A stretch of DNA of 64,000 nucleotides from NCBI RefSeq assembly GCF_006345805.1, contig NC_042997.1:165168001-165232000 (forward strand), given 5' to 3'. Shown piece by piece: positions 23,510 to 37,894 of the stretch (position 1 is its first letter; every line of letters begins with the position of its first letter). The notes under the pieces were generated by a model, which saw nothing but the letters and a program-made list of their open reading frames with translations, made no database searches and had not been told where the DNA came from. This DNA comes from Octopus sinensis. Taxonomy: Eukaryota. The translations under genes and the position numbers were made by a program.

Positions 23510-23568
<59 letters not shown>

Positions 23569-23667
23569 CACACACATACACACACACACCACAACGCACA
23601 AAGATATTCAGGCTTACGCATGCACGTCTACACAAATAGAAGCATATGTATATATACATATGCATGG

Positions 23668-23717
<50 letters not shown>

Positions 23718-23816
23718 CATATATACAGATTTAATGTGTGTCTATATATTATATATATAATATATATATATATATACACACATGCATATATACAAATCAT
23801 ATATATACATACATAT

Positions 23817-23858
<42 letters not shown>

Positions 23859-23904
23859 ATATATAATATATATATAAAATGAATATATTATTTTGATATG
23901 TGTA

Positions 23905-23950
<46 letters not shown>
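20863..23950. repeat. ~1.53-kb tandem direct duplication bounded by (GT)n
   Basis: 20974.. matches 22506.. (offset ~1532-1534); duplicate ORFs at 21243 and 22779. Differences are mostly 1-bp indels. Confidence 0.9.
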
Positions 23951-23952
<2 letters not shown>

Positions 23953-24938
23953 CGTGTATGTATATATGCTGCATGTATGTATATCTGATGAGCTTCCCTC
24001 ATGCCATTCTTAGCGCAGATTGACAAACTGAAACCAAATTAAAGGTAACATACATATTATTAGTATTCTATAGAATATAGTGGCATATTTCGGCAATGCG
24101 GATCTAATTATGGGGGAATTAAAGCCAAATGTTACAGTAACACATTCTTCAAGTTTATCTTTGTTATAGTTACAGATGACTAATGCAGAAGCGGAGAACC
24201 CAGACAGAAATAGATATGTACTCGTTTGAACTCATTCCTAAAATTCCACATGTGTACCAAAATATTCATACACCCAGTTTAAGTCGTTCCCAGACATTCT
24301 CTAACCGAGAAACGAAAACAGAATGGTGTAGAGTCATACGGAGAAAGAAATTTAATCTAGATTATATTTTTGGAAGGGGAGAAAATGAAAAGAGAGAGAG
24401 AGAGAGAGAGTAAAGCTTACAGGGTATGTATATATATATATAAGGGATATGTATGTGTGTGTGTGTGTGTGTTTGTGTGCGTGTGTGTGCGTGCGTGCAC
24501 ATTTGTGTGTGTGTTTGTGTATACATATATATATATATATATGCACTTATATATGCGTGTGCGTGTATGTGACTGTACATGTGTTTGTGTGTGTGCTTAT
24601 GTAGTAGATTATGGGGTACTATATGTTGCATTCTTAAAAACTAAAATGCTAAAGTACCAGAAATACTAAATTACTAGAGTACTTAAACACATACACGAGC
24701 GCACGCGCACACACAAGCGCGCGCAAATACACACGCATACACACACACAATTACACCACCAATAAACTCCATACTCTTAATACACACACGCAAAATGTAT
24801 AATCTGTTATGCACGCACACAAAGATATATATTTTGTCTTCTAATAAATACATATACACACACGCACACACCCAGACATATATATACACATACATACATA
24901 ACATACATACAAACATACATACCTACATGCATACATAT

Positions 24939-24982
<44 letters not shown>

Positions 24983-24984
24983 TA

Positions 24985-25246
24985 ATCCTTAAATCCTTAA
25001 AATGTTCTAGCCCGAAGACCGCGGCCAAAGCAGCAAAAATATAACAAAAGCTGTCACTCAGAGTTTCACGTTCCCGTTCGTCGGACAGTTTTTTTTTTAA
25101 CAAAACTGTCCGACGAACGGGAACGTGAAACTCTGAGTAGCAGCTTTTGCTATACTTTTGCTGCTTTTAAATAAAGCATATTACTCTACCTCTGGTATTT
25201 GAGTAATCTTTTTTCCACCTTGTTTCACAATTATGTATTTACTTCG
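24985..25246 (+). mobile_element. Penelope-like terminal-repeat relic with fold-back duplication and hammerhead-like motif (25101-25149)
   Basis: Perfect 37-bp inverted repeat 25056-92/25102-38, extending imperfectly to 25027-25167. Right arm reads CAAAACTGT-CCGACGA-ACG(GGAA)CGT-GAAA-CT(CTG)AGT-A-GCAGCTTTTG. Flanked by (TA)n and (TATG)n. Confidence 0.55.
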
Positions 25247-25368
25247 GTATGTATGTATGTATGTATGTATGTATGTATGTATGTATGTATGTATGTATGT
25301 ATGTATGTATGTATGTATGTATGTATGTATGTATGTATGTATGTATGTATGTTTGTATGTATGTATAC

Positions 25369-25400
<32 letters not shown>

Positions 25401-25475
25401 GAATGTATATATACGTATATGTATATATGTGTGTGTACGCGCGCGTTTGTGCGTGTGTGTGTGTGTGAGTGTGAG
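25247..25475. repeat. (TATG)n/(TA)n/(GT)n microsatellite
   Basis: Seen directly. Confidence 0.95.
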
Positions 25476-25954
25476 TCACTGTGTGTGTCTAAAATAGATA
25501 ACAGACGCGTACATCCGAAGGCACATCCTAATTTGTCTCAACAAGAGTGATCTGTAACTAATTAAGAATTAATTAGAGGTATCACAAAAGTCTATGGGAA
25601 GGAAGTGAAACGGGAAGGGAGATTTCAAAATATATCGATACAAAGAAGATAAGTATGTGTTTATTTATCCCCATTACTCTTTGCGTAATGTTACCTCGCC
25701 CAAGGTTGCAGTTCATGAACCGGAATAACGAGACATTTTGTAATGATACCATAATATACATAAAATTTTGCCGTATAGGGGCAATAAAGTATATATATGT
25801 AGATATATAATCCGGCAGATGTATATATGCACGTATGTATGTATGTATGTATGTATGTATGTATGTATGTATGTATGTATGTATGTATATGCATGCATGT
25901 ATGTACGTACGTGTGTATGTATGTATAACATAATGCATACATGCGTACATACAT

Positions 25955-26007
<53 letters not shown>

Positions 26008-26010
<3 letters not shown>

Positions 26011-26373
26011 TAGCACTATGACCCGGCAACGCCGGGTTTTAGTGCTAGTGCATGCATATACAGCTGCGTGCGTGTGCACTTACACGCGAGTACTGTCCAA
26101 ATTTCCGACCAATCACATACAGCTAGCTGGCATTCAATTGGCGTATCAAGTTTCGGGAATTTTGATTGGGTCTTGGATAGAAAATTCACAAAAAATGTCA
26201 CTTCTATTGATTTTTTAATGGCTTTGCGGGGTGACAGGGAAAATGTAAAGATGTGAATGGCCATCCTTGGACGGTTTTCGATGACCATAGAAAGTGCGAT
26301 CCCTCTAACTGAAAAATTGTGGATTTGTATAAAGGACACACACACAGACATTTTGCCGTTTATATATATAGAT
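26008..26373 (+). mobile_element. Non-autonomous Helentron-associated element (HINE-like)
   Basis: 5' hairpin ACTAGCACTA-tg-ACCCGGC-aac-GCCGGGT-tt-TAGTGCTAGT (26009-26049); 3' CACAGACATTTTGCCGTTTATATATATAGAT resembles the end of 762-1195. Confidence 0.6.
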
Positions 26374-26384
26374 ATATAGATATA

Positions 26385-26765
26385 TATATGTGTGTGTGTG
26401 TGTATGAGTGTGTCTGTGTGCGTACATAAATACATTTACATATATATACAAAAATTGATCTTGAATGGGACTTCAAGTCCTGTCTGTGTGTGTGTGTATG
26501 TGTATGTGTATTTGTGTGTGTTTGTGTGTGTGTGTTTGCGTGTTTGTGTGTGGTTTTATATGTGTGTGTATGTGTGTCTGTGTGTTTGTGTGTGTGTGTT
26601 TGCGTGTTTGTGTGTGCGTTTGTGTGTGTGTGTGTTTGTGTGTGTCTTTCTGTTTGTATGCGTGTGTGTTTGTGTGCTTGTGTGTGTTTTTTGTGTCTGT
26701 GTGTGTGAGTGCGTGTGAATGTATGTGTGTGTGTATGTGCATATGCTTGTGTATGGATGTATGTT
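26385..26765. repeat. Degenerate (GT)n-rich tract
   Basis: Seen directly. Confidence 0.9.
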
Positions 26766-27206
26766 TCAGGATGCAACAATTTGAGGGTGTTTCAGTAGAT
26801 GAGCATGTGCATGCATGTATGATAGAGGGCAGCCTGAATAGTGATGCGGTTCCCAGAGAAAAATAAAAAAAAAGCACATCATGCCATTTCCGTCTGAGTC
26901 GAAGTCTTCCCACATATCTCTCTTAATGAAGAGAAGGGGGCAAGAAAAAACAAAAAACCTGAAAAAAAATCAAAAAAGAAAAAGGAACAAAACACGAAAT
27001 AACATCATTTCTGCATCAGCCCGCAACAACGATAAATCCACAACAACAACAAATACACTATCACAAATACACTCTCTATACTAACAGCAACAAGAACACA
27101 CACAAAAGAAACAACGAAGACTCAAGAGAAAAACCAGGAAACTCGATAATAACGAGAACAAAAACAACTACTGCATCTACAACTTCACCCGCAACATCAA
27201 CAACAG

Positions 27207-27595
27207 TGGAAGCGCAATGGCCCAATGGTTAGGGCAGCGGACTCGCGGTCGGAGGATCGCGGTTTCGATTCCCAGACCGGGCGTTGTGTGTGTTTATTGA
27301 GCGAAAACACCTAAAAACTCCACGAGGCTCCGGCAGGGGGTGGTGGAGAGCCCTGTTGTACTCTTTCGCTCCAACTTTCTCTCACTCTTTCTTCCTGTTT
27401 CTTTACCCCCGACTTCCTACGCAACCGCTGAGCCTGGATGCGCATTCATCCATCCGTCGATGCTCTCGGTGTCGGGGGGTTGACCTGCTTTCTCGTCTGC
27501 GGGTCTTACGAATAGCAAAGGACCACGTTTCGGACTTCTCCCACTACAAGACGAAAACCGCTTCGCTCAACAAACAAACAAACAAACAAACATCA
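27207..27595 (+). mobile_element. tRNA-headed SINE with (CAAA)n tail
   Basis: A box TGGCCCAATGG, B box GGTTTCGATTCC, GC-rich body, tail CAAACAAACAAAC. Confidence 0.75.
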
Positions 27596-28009
27596 ACAAC
27601 AAATTGTGCTCACATCCAACTTTGAGCTAATCAGAAAAAAAGCATTAAAAACACTATCTTACAAAGTGGAGATATAGACAGAGGGAGAGGCAATTAATAA
27701 ATCACAGTGAAAGTCCAGGAGGAACTGAAATTGGAAAGGATGCCAATAGACAGATACTGGGAAATAAAAGAAAGTTTCCAGCATGAGTTGGGAACCCCAG
27801 TATCGTGACCTGGAACAGGCTATTTTAAGATTTCCCGAAGGAACCAGCCACATAGAATGGATTCCGATACACCTGATTGCCTACTGAAAAGTCATATAGA
27901 CAGGTGACTCATATTTTTTCTTCGTTTCTTTCCAACCATCTTGGCAGTTTGAAAAGTGGATTGTATAAATGCACTTGAATTGGGAGTCACATATTCAGTA
28001 TTTCTATGT

Positions 28010-29070
28010 CACTGATTATGTACTTGATAGTTCTCAGTGAAACAAGGATTTCCAATACACGTACTCTGGCACCCGATTTTTGATGACTTTGAGATTTACG
28101 CATCTCCAAGCTGATTTGCAATGTGAGGAATGACAGTGTTGTTTTGGAAAGGCCTAGCCCTCGAGATACGGTCGATCTCCCAGGATCAGAACTGCAAGTT
28201 GGTGATTATGGACGTGAACAGTAATGAAGGGAATGTCTTCGACTACGCACCAACTGAAGGAGGGGGCGACTAAAATTTCTGCAGGCGTCTGAAAGTTTTC
28301 TTCAGAATGTCCTGCTCTTTAGAGTTAGCGGGCGACTGGGACATCCTCTTGAATGTACGTTTGGATCGTGTGAGACTAGCTGATAGCAGATGGGTGTAGA
28401 AACCTCGCAGATCTCTTCAGACATTTTCAACTGTCTCACAGATAGCGATTGTGTTTTCTGAATGGCCAATGTGGACATCGGAAAAACAGCATCGGGCCAT
28501 CCAGATCGTATCTAGAGAGAATATTCTGTAGGCCAGCAGACAGAGATAGCGTAGGGTGTCCACAATCTAAATTAGCCGACTGCACTGACCACAAATTTAT
28601 GATTTGCACACCGACCTAGGTATTCTGCATAGGCAGGGGCCCGGTTACTGAAAATTGATTGTGTCTTACCCGGTGCGCCAAGCTTATAGAGACCGAATCA
28701 GAGAACTAGTGAAGCGGGAGTTGCCGGGGTAATTGTCAATAGCCGATGGTGGTTAACCTGAAAAGGGCTATTAGATTTTAAAGTCGATAAAGTTTAGTTA
28801 GGAAAGAGTGACAGAGAAATCCAGACTAGAGGAAAAGCATTGCGATTGATGTGCTGGCAGTAAGATTGGCCTTTACCCAATTCTTCAATGCAATGCAGAA
28901 AGGTTGCGTTGTCAGAGCTAGGGCTTGTGCTCTGAGACATGAAAGAAAGGAAAGCTGTTCAATGGGCCCGGGTATCAAAGGTGCAAAGCCGTGATTCTGT
29001 CTTTGACTGATCGGAAGGATCACATGCTACTTGATTCCAAGCAGTTGTTGGAAAATGCATTACAGAGCAA
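28010..29070 (+). mobile_element. Decayed non-LTR retrotransposon ORF2 fragment (APE endonuclease, Tx1/L1-like)
   Basis: Motifs LIVLSETRI, DYAPTEG, LELAGDWDILL..RLDRV, WTS..SRSYLERI, DHKF and GPGY*KL, with stops and frameshifts. Confidence 0.8.
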
Positions 29071-30108
29071 AGAAGTAATTCAATTTTGTATAACATTATT
29101 CGTTATTTCTACCATTACGGAGTATTTTTTTATTTTTTTTTGTATAACAGATTTGGGGATCAAAAAAATATATGATTAAAATCTGAGCAAGGACTTGGCT
29201 TGCTAACAAACCAGCAATCGAATTATAGCTGCATCAGTGACTGATGAATGTCAATTCTTAACTAACTAAAGATTTTAATACCCAAAATTAGCAACGAATT
29301 GGATGTCTCAGATATGATACTTCTATGAAGGACTTTATTTTTGTACTATACACTTTTGTTTTAAATACTTTGTAGTAAATCTAAAAACCCTTCCTTGCAG
29401 TTTTCAGTTAGCTGATATATGAAAACTTATCGTTGACATCATGGCTGACGATTATAGCTGTCACTATAATATATTTTGTTTTTGATGAATAGCAATGAAT
29501 GTTGTGTTTAGAGATGTCATAACAATGTGTATATTATCAGCACTGTCATGCCACTGAAGACTGGGTCTTCGTGACACAATCCTAGCAATAACGCTGATAG
29601 CAACTACTTAGAAGTTTGCATTAAATTATAGATAACTAGCAGGCAACAAAATAGCTTCATGTGGTCGCTCGACTTGCTAGAAATAGCAGACGAATCTCTT
29701 TCAAATAATATCTTTAAAAAAGAAAGTGTGCATCAATAAGCGTAGTTTTTAAGTACACTATATTTAAAAAACACATCAACGAAAGACGAGATGGTAACCG
29801 TTTCAGCGCCTTTCATCATAGATTTTCTCGAAAAGGTTGACCTAGAGTTAAGCAACAATAACAATTACATGACTGACATGAATGAAAATAAATAGCTACA
29901 ACTGAGGAGGTTAATTCTACTCCACAACCCTTTATGTTCTGAGTTCAAATAGCGCTGAGAATAACTGTTCCAAGCATTCTTTTGGGGGTCAATAAAGTAA
30001 AGCATTAGGGCCAACATAATCGGTTAACACCTTCTCAAATTCATGGTTTTATACTTACGTTAGAAATTATTAGCCTCCAAACATCTCACCCTTAGAAGAG
30101 ATGGCAGT

Positions 30109-30320
30109 GAGGGTAGTGGCTTAGTGGTTTGGGTGCTGCATTCACGATCTTGCGAGTGTGGTTTCGATTTCTGAACCGGGTGTTCCGCTGTATTCTTGAG
30201 CAAAACACCTCATTTCATGTTGCAACAGTCCACTCAGCTGTAAATGAGTAACCCTGCAGAGGAATGGCCTCCTACTCAGGGGCAATGTTGTGATCTCGGT
30301 CACAGAAACCGCGAACTCAA
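30109..30320 (+). mobile_element. tRNA-headed SINE (family C-related)
   Basis: GTGGCTTAGTGGTT...GGTTTCGATTTC...TTCTTGAGCAAAACAC...CCACTCAGCTGTAAATGAG. Confidence 0.7.
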
Positions 30321-30739
30321 GGCAGAAGAGACTGAAAATAAGAAATGGTTTTGTTCATGTTATTTCCAAGATCTTTAATTCGGTGAAGTGCGATAGTGAT
30401 ACATAACAATCGAAACCATGTTTCTGACTTGTATAGCCAGAAGTTTATCTCAGTAACTTACGTTCTTTTGTTATATTTAGCATTTGCTGAACAAAAACGT
30501 CGATCAAGCCAATGAAGTCGATCAACCTGCTAAAAGCAGCAGCCAAATCTCCCACAATTAGCATTCTATCTTCCAAAAAAATGACACGCGAATAATATAG
30601 TCATGAACTCCCTGTGCATAAGAAAACGACGTGGTGGTCATAGGGCATCATCTTTGGTCTTTGGTCTCCCTTCACAGCTTACCATCATCTTATCTCCCCA
30701 CCATACACAGACTGATCGTCAGGACCATTAGAGCTAATA

Positions 30740-31232
<493 letters not shown>

Positions 31233-31631
31233 ATACATCGTGGATATCGACTCGTGACCGAGTAAACTACTTCTTAAGTTCATTTCATTTGAAGAAACTC
31301 TTTACGTTTGGTTTCCTTATCGTTGTTAATGTCTCAAATGGCTCTTAAGGCCTGCAAGTGAGGTGCAAGTCATTCCTCATGGGTTGCAGGTTAGACTTCC
31401 ACAGCTGTCTGGCTATCTAGGTGTTGGGATTTGTGACACCAAGCGAGTCCTATACACTTCGTCACACAAGGTGCGCGTGGGATAATTCTGGACATCATAT
31501 TGCTAGACGCGTGTGTTTTTGTAACTACGTTTGTGATTGAATAGGCCTTCCTTTGAGAAATACATACAAGCATGCATGCATATAGACATAATACATACAT
31601 ACATACATACATACATACATACATACATACA

Positions 31632-31662
<31 letters not shown>

Positions 31663-32621
31663 GAGCACATGACGGGTTTCTGCACATTTCTTGTTTACCA
31701 AGTTTGATTCAAGTCCAAGTTGCCTACAGATGGAAAATACCATATTATTGATAACACAAATGGCCTGCGTGTGCGCATGAGTTTGAGTGCGTATTTGTAT
31801 ACATATGTATACATATGTATGTGTGCGTGCCTAGCCATTATGAAGGGAACGCATCTGTACAACTGTTCAGAGAAGACATAAATAAGCCGTAAGAGGGAAA
31901 TAACGAGCTTTATATATTGACAGAATAACGCCGGAGAAAATTTGAATCGCTGTCTGTTAAATATGATACGAGTAAAAATAGAGGAGTTTACCACAGAAAT
32001 TTAATAAAAGATCGCGATAAGAATTAACTGTTGAATGCTAAGGCAGAAATAGAGTCAAATTACTATCAGCAAATAGTATGATTTGTAAAACGTGAACGTT
32101 ACAGATATGTTTTATATCCCAAGAAAGGAAACTCGCTCGATAAGCTTATTTTGCTACAGGTAATATTTGTCGTGTCACATTGCCTTAAAAGATATATTTG
32201 CAATTTGCAATGATGTTGATTAACTGATAAATTTTCCTTCTAGGTGGTCCTGTTAATGAATTTATCTGTTACGTGCTGAAATAAGAAATTAATTATATTT
32301 TAAAATCATGAATAATCTAAGTCTAATGGCTCCCTTTAACAACGGCTGTCTAAGATACACTTTCTCTTATTGAATTAATTGTTCCCGACAAGCTACATCT
32401 GAAACGAACCTTAACATCAACTATCTATAAATAATGAATTTCCTAAAACTAAAAAGCTCGACGTGGGTATGGCTGTATGGTCAGGTTCTCCACATGACCA
32501 CGCGGTTTCGGGTTCAATTCTAATGCGTAGCACCGAAAACAGTGCTACGCAATAAACTCGAACCCGAAGTGTATTTTATCAGATGTTAAGGTCATTGCTA
32601 ACATGATAAATAAATAAATAA

Positions 32622-32863
32622 ATGCGTCCTTTTAAAGTCTAGCCAGGCTTATGGGCCCAGTTTCCCGGTTTCCATAGCGTATGTGTTCCCCAGCTGGATG
32701 GGACGCCAGTCCATCGCAGCGTTACTCATTTTTGCCAGCTGAATGGACTGGAGCAACGTGAAATGAAGTGTTTTACTCAAGAACACAACGCGTCGCCCAG
32801 TCCAGGAATCGAAACCACAATCTTACGATCATGATGCTGACACCCTGACCATTAAGCCTCCAC
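32622..32863 (-). mobile_element. tRNA-headed SINE (family C-related)
   Basis: CCAGCTGAATGGACTGGAGCAACGTGAAATGAAGTG...CAAGAACACAACGC...GGAATCGAAACC. Confidence 0.75.
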
Positions 32864-32904
32864 TGCTAACATGATGCAGTGAGTAAAAAAAAAATTCTTT
32901 CTAA

Positions 32905-33110
32905 TCTTGGCACAAAGCCAGCAGTTTTGAAGGGAAAGGAAGTCGGTAACATCGACCTCAGGGATTAGCAGGTATAATATTCTATCAGCCCCGAAATGAT
33001 GAAAGGTAAAGTGGATTTCGGTAGAATTTGAACTCAGAGCGTATACAGATAGAACAAACGCCTCTAGGTAATGTTATCAAGCACACTAGCGATTCTGCCA
33101 GCTCCCCGCC
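32905..33110 (-). mobile_element. SINE family A, degraded
   Basis: ATGAAAGGTAAAGTGGATTTCGGTAGAATTTGAACTCAG...GATTCTGCCAGCTC. Confidence 0.7.
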
Positions 33111-34214
33111 TAAATTAATTAATAAAAAGTGAGGCGAAAGAATCATTAGCTTAATAATTCATTCTGGTCAAGGAAGACAAGGGAATTTATGAAAATTTGT
33201 TGGAAATAGAATGTGACCAAAGTTGGGAGGAATGAGTCCGATCTTGGCAATACAGCCATAACTCTGTACATAATTCGGTAGTATTATACTTTTTTAGTGA
33301 AGTATATAGTCTTTAACAATACTACCGAGTAAAGATGTCTTAAAAGATATGTAGGTTGTTCATTAACAAACAGTGAATGTCGTGTTAACTAGAATACAGA
33401 TCAGATAAAAACCTCCGTTCAACAAAAGCAGTATGAAAGAAATTTAATTAACGAAATCTGTCGATGCCAGTCGATTAGAATAAAACCACGGATGGCCTAT
33501 TGAATATTGTCGCGGACATATAGCCGAGAGGTCAGCGATTCGTGACTTGTCCGTGACTGCATTGTTTCAATGGATATGACACTTGACAGTTAATTGTCAA
33601 AATAGTCCATTGCCCCGAGATGTGAATAGATACTGTTACTCCTATTTGAAAAATTGAACTCCCGAAGATAGTAATAGTAAACCACATTTGTAATGTACTA
33701 GAAAATCCTTGTTGGTGTCGCCGTCCCACATAACTACTTGCGTAATATATTTTTGAATGTCTCAGTTGATTCTCTTCCTTTCTAAAATATTATCTTTTGT
33801 ACAGTCAATATAAATCGATATGAGCATAATGATGGAATCTCCACGGTTATTTTGAAAACTTTACGATTGTTGGAAGTTAACAGAAAACCATGAAATGTAA
33901 TTATTTTGAAATTGAATTTTTTTTCCTGACATGTTTGAATCTTGTGATATAAAATCGCCATTAGTTGTACTGAAGGTGTAGTGCTAGGAGAGAACATCCA
34001 TAACCTTTGTTATAAATTGGTAACCTCTTCTACTACAAGTGTTGCTATTTTTATGTCAAGAAGGCGACAACCTTAACTATAACGCTATGTTCAGTTACAA
34101 CACGACTATGTACACAACATTTTAACAACACAAAATAAATTGTATTAGTTTTATTTTTATATCAGTTTATCACTGGACTTAAACCCGCTGTACAGTAACT
34201 ATCCATTACGTTGA

Positions 34215-34515
<301 letters not shown>

Positions 34516-34741
34516 TGTATTATGTTGTTCTCTTTCTCATTTTTTAATTTAGAACAAATTTTGACCGACCACCTATTTGGTAGCAATGTTGTGAAGGAAA
34601 GAATCCTTTGTTCATTACCCGTTACATCATAAGGCCTTGGAGATTTTTATAGTTCAAGATAATCGTGATCATTTGTAGTGTATGTATGTATGTATGTATG
34701 TATGTATGTATGTATGTATGTATGTATGTATGTTGTATGTT

Positions 34742-35210
34742 AGTGCCAGATCACTTTTGAGTGCTACTGGTAACATATAACCCAGTACAACCTGTTGCAT
34801 GGTCGGGTCGTCGGCGACTAAACCGGCAACCCCATCAAGCTTGCTTGGTGAGGAGGGTGTTTATTGGACACTCTGCGGGATGAAAAACAAAACTCGTCAA
34901 AGGGCGGAGGAACTCTTGAGAGTCAACGGCCATTCAATAAATGTCTTAAGGCTGGATCATGCGCGGGGACATAGAAATAATCGGACTGAATACCCGATCG
35001 CGCAGTTAAACCATTGGAAGTGAAGGACTCCTAGCCTTTGTTAGGGCATCCTTCTAGGAGAAGGTAACTCAGGTAACTGGGATAACTCCGATATAAAACC
35101 TGCAGCTCAGTGGTTACCGATGATGTTGACTTGTTCTTCTTTTCGGATTATGGCTGCTGTTGCTTAGTGAGTGGCATTGACTCAGTGCACAGCCTTTCCC
35201 CACTTTAATA
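34742..35210 (+). mobile_element. GC-richer interspersed repeat, possibly an RTE-like LINE 5' UTR fragment
   Basis: GGGCATCCTTCTAGGAGAAGGTAACTC...ATAAAACC resembles RTE 5' UTR motifs; 5' hairpin at ~34794-34830; flanked by (TATG)n. No ORF support. Confidence 0.35.
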
Positions 35211-35294
35211 AAAATCCTGCACAGGCATTGCACGATAACTACATTGATTAAGTTTCGTGTAATGGCCATACTCGATAACGAGGGGGCAGCCACC

Positions 35295-35327
<33 letters not shown>

Positions 35328-37344
35328 TGTATGTATGTATGTATGTATGTATGTATGTATGTATGTATGTATGTATGTATATGTGTATGTATGCATGCAT
35401 GTATTACGTATGTATGTATATATGTATGTATTTATATTGATAGTTGTACCTCTACTGAGTAACAGTAGAGGTACAGGTATCAATCCATTACGGCCGTTTC
35501 TAAACACACCTTTAATTGATTAATGAAGACATTACATCATTGTAAAGAAACTGCTTTCGTCAGATGAATTCCTGAACTTCAAAATAAAGGACATTCGAAA
35601 TGATTAAGATACGCAAATTCGGAAGAGTAGAATACGAGACTGATTTTCTTACAGGAGAATAATATGCTATATTTATGCGAAGAGTGGGATCTGCCCTTCA
35701 TAAATATTATGGACCGCATATTTAATATAATGTACATGTTGAATAGCTCAAGAGCGGATTCTTTCACTCAGCTGGGTCTGATTGTCTAATGTTATTGCGT
35801 GTGTACATTATGGCGACCTAACGAGGTGCCTCAATTTAAGTGCCTAATTCAACTGAATCTAACTTATGTGTAGATAGGTATGTAGATATGTATCCATATA
35901 TGTACGTATGTACGTATCTATGCATGTGTCTACGTATGTGCATGTGCCTCACTGATACATATACGTGAAGATTGAACGTACACACCAGAGAGAAGATCGA
36001 AAAAATGTTGCTCCTTGCACGTTATGCTTTACTGAGTTATAAGCACTCCTTTGTCACTTTTACCGTCAGAAATGCAATAAACTTATGAATTACCTGTTGG
36101 TAGCTGGTAACGAGCAACGATATTGTTCACTAGATATGAAAAAAAATATTTCACACTGAGGAAATTAAGGTCTTTGCCTAACTAAATGTTAAAGTACACA
36201 CCAGCAATAACGTTACGCGAACTCCGAACCCTATTGATTCGGTCAACCGTAACACTTTAACTTATTGAACATATTGGAACAATATTCTCTGACAGAAGGC
36301 TGCAGGATGTCTGTAATTTACTTTAGAAAATTACGTCAGGGGAGATTAACAGGTGTACCGGAAGCTAATATCAATGTCATTGTTAGTAATATACTTTGCT
36401 TGCAAGCTTGTAGCGATATTGTCAGGTTTACAGCCGGAAGTTCGAAAGGTTGGCCAAATTTATTATGGAATAGAACCGACAACGAATATAGAGACAGGAT
36501 GGGACGAAGAAAAGATATAAGGGAAGAAAGAAAGAACTAATAATTGAGAAACGGGATGTATATACGCCATGATATCAGCTACAATAAATGAACCGATTAG
36601 ATCAAATCGACAAAGTTGATAAATGCAATACTCTCCTCTACACGTATACAATACACAACTGGAAGACGCTACAAATGTTACACTCCAGAATATCTAAGGA
36701 GGTAGGACATTACATATAACCAGAATAGCTTACCCATCGGAACTTATGGATTACACTCTATTATTTACGATCTGATGACGTATGCTGCAGGTAATGTTTC
36801 CAGTGGAGACAGATGATAGTGTGATTTTCATCATATGAGTTATAGATAGATTGGTAGAGTAGACATATTAGAGTGTCAGACAAAATGTCTTACGAACTGG
36901 CGTATCACTAAGAAGTTGGGTAGACTACTTCGCAGTACTTGTTCCGACTCTTTGCGCCTCGAGTTCAAGTCCCACCGAAGTCCTCTTTGCTTTTTCCTCT
37001 TACTGGGACTGATAAAAATGTGTCCTGAACTTTTCAGCTGCAGTTTTGTAGTCAACGACGATGGTAGCCTTAAATGACACTACTAGATAATAAACTACCA
37101 GATGAAAAAGATAGAGACGCTATTAGATGATAAAGATAACGAAGATGTCGCAACGCGGACTCATAAATTACGAGAAATAACAGCCAAATCTTCAAATTAC
37201 ACAATTCTATCGTCTTCAAAATAAAAATAATAGTGTGGGACACATTAGGTAATTTAGCCTTGGATATGCCGTGTTAGAAAGAAGAAAGTGATGGCCATGG
37301 CCGAAAGCAATGTCCATATTGTCCTTTTAATCAGGGATAGACGG

Positions 37345-37420
37345 GAGGAGGAGGAGGAAAAGGAAGAAGAAGAAGAAGAAGAAGAAGAAGAAGAAGAAGA
37401 AGAAGAAGAAGAAGAAGAAG
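37345..37420. repeat. (GAG)n/(GAA)n trinucleotide repeat
   Basis: Seen directly. Confidence 0.95.
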
Positions 37421-37894
37421 ATAATTCACTGTTACTTTTTTTTTTAAAGGAAATTAAAAATGTTTTTTCTGAACTGGTCTTTCACGTCACACTATCGATG
37501 AATATATTGCAGTGTAGTGTGCTACAAAATGTTGCTGTCGTTTAAAATCCTTGTGAATACTCACTGAGCAGAGTTATAATGAAATATGTTCCAACTATGG
37601 CCCTCCTGTCCTGTAATTGAGTATTGTGTGCCTTAAAGTATATTATCCATTGATTCAATGGTTTTTCAAAACAATAATTTTGGAGGTGATTTGGCTGATA
37701 TTTCTTGCAAGTGGTGGGGACCATGTAACAGCTTCTTTACTGTTCTAGGGCTGCTCTGATTGAACAAGCATTTCAGCCATAATCTTCCCATTTGATTTTG
37801 CTTGCAATGAGTTTCCAATGCTATTCCATCGAAAGTGTTCTTTTCCATGTAAGGAAATATGGTGTCATTTGAAAGTTTAGTCTCTCGCACGTTT

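Noticed and set aside
27209-27285. Functional tRNA gene
   Set aside because: A and B boxes are present but there is no acceptor stem or cloverleaf closure, and the sequence continues into a SINE body; the same applies to the other tRNA-like heads.
34790-34900. HDV-like ribozyme at the putative RTE 5' end
   Set aside because: Only a simple hairpin (GTTGC..GGT..GTCG-TCGG-CGAC..ACC..GCAAC) could be folded; no nested double pseudoknot or catalytic C context.
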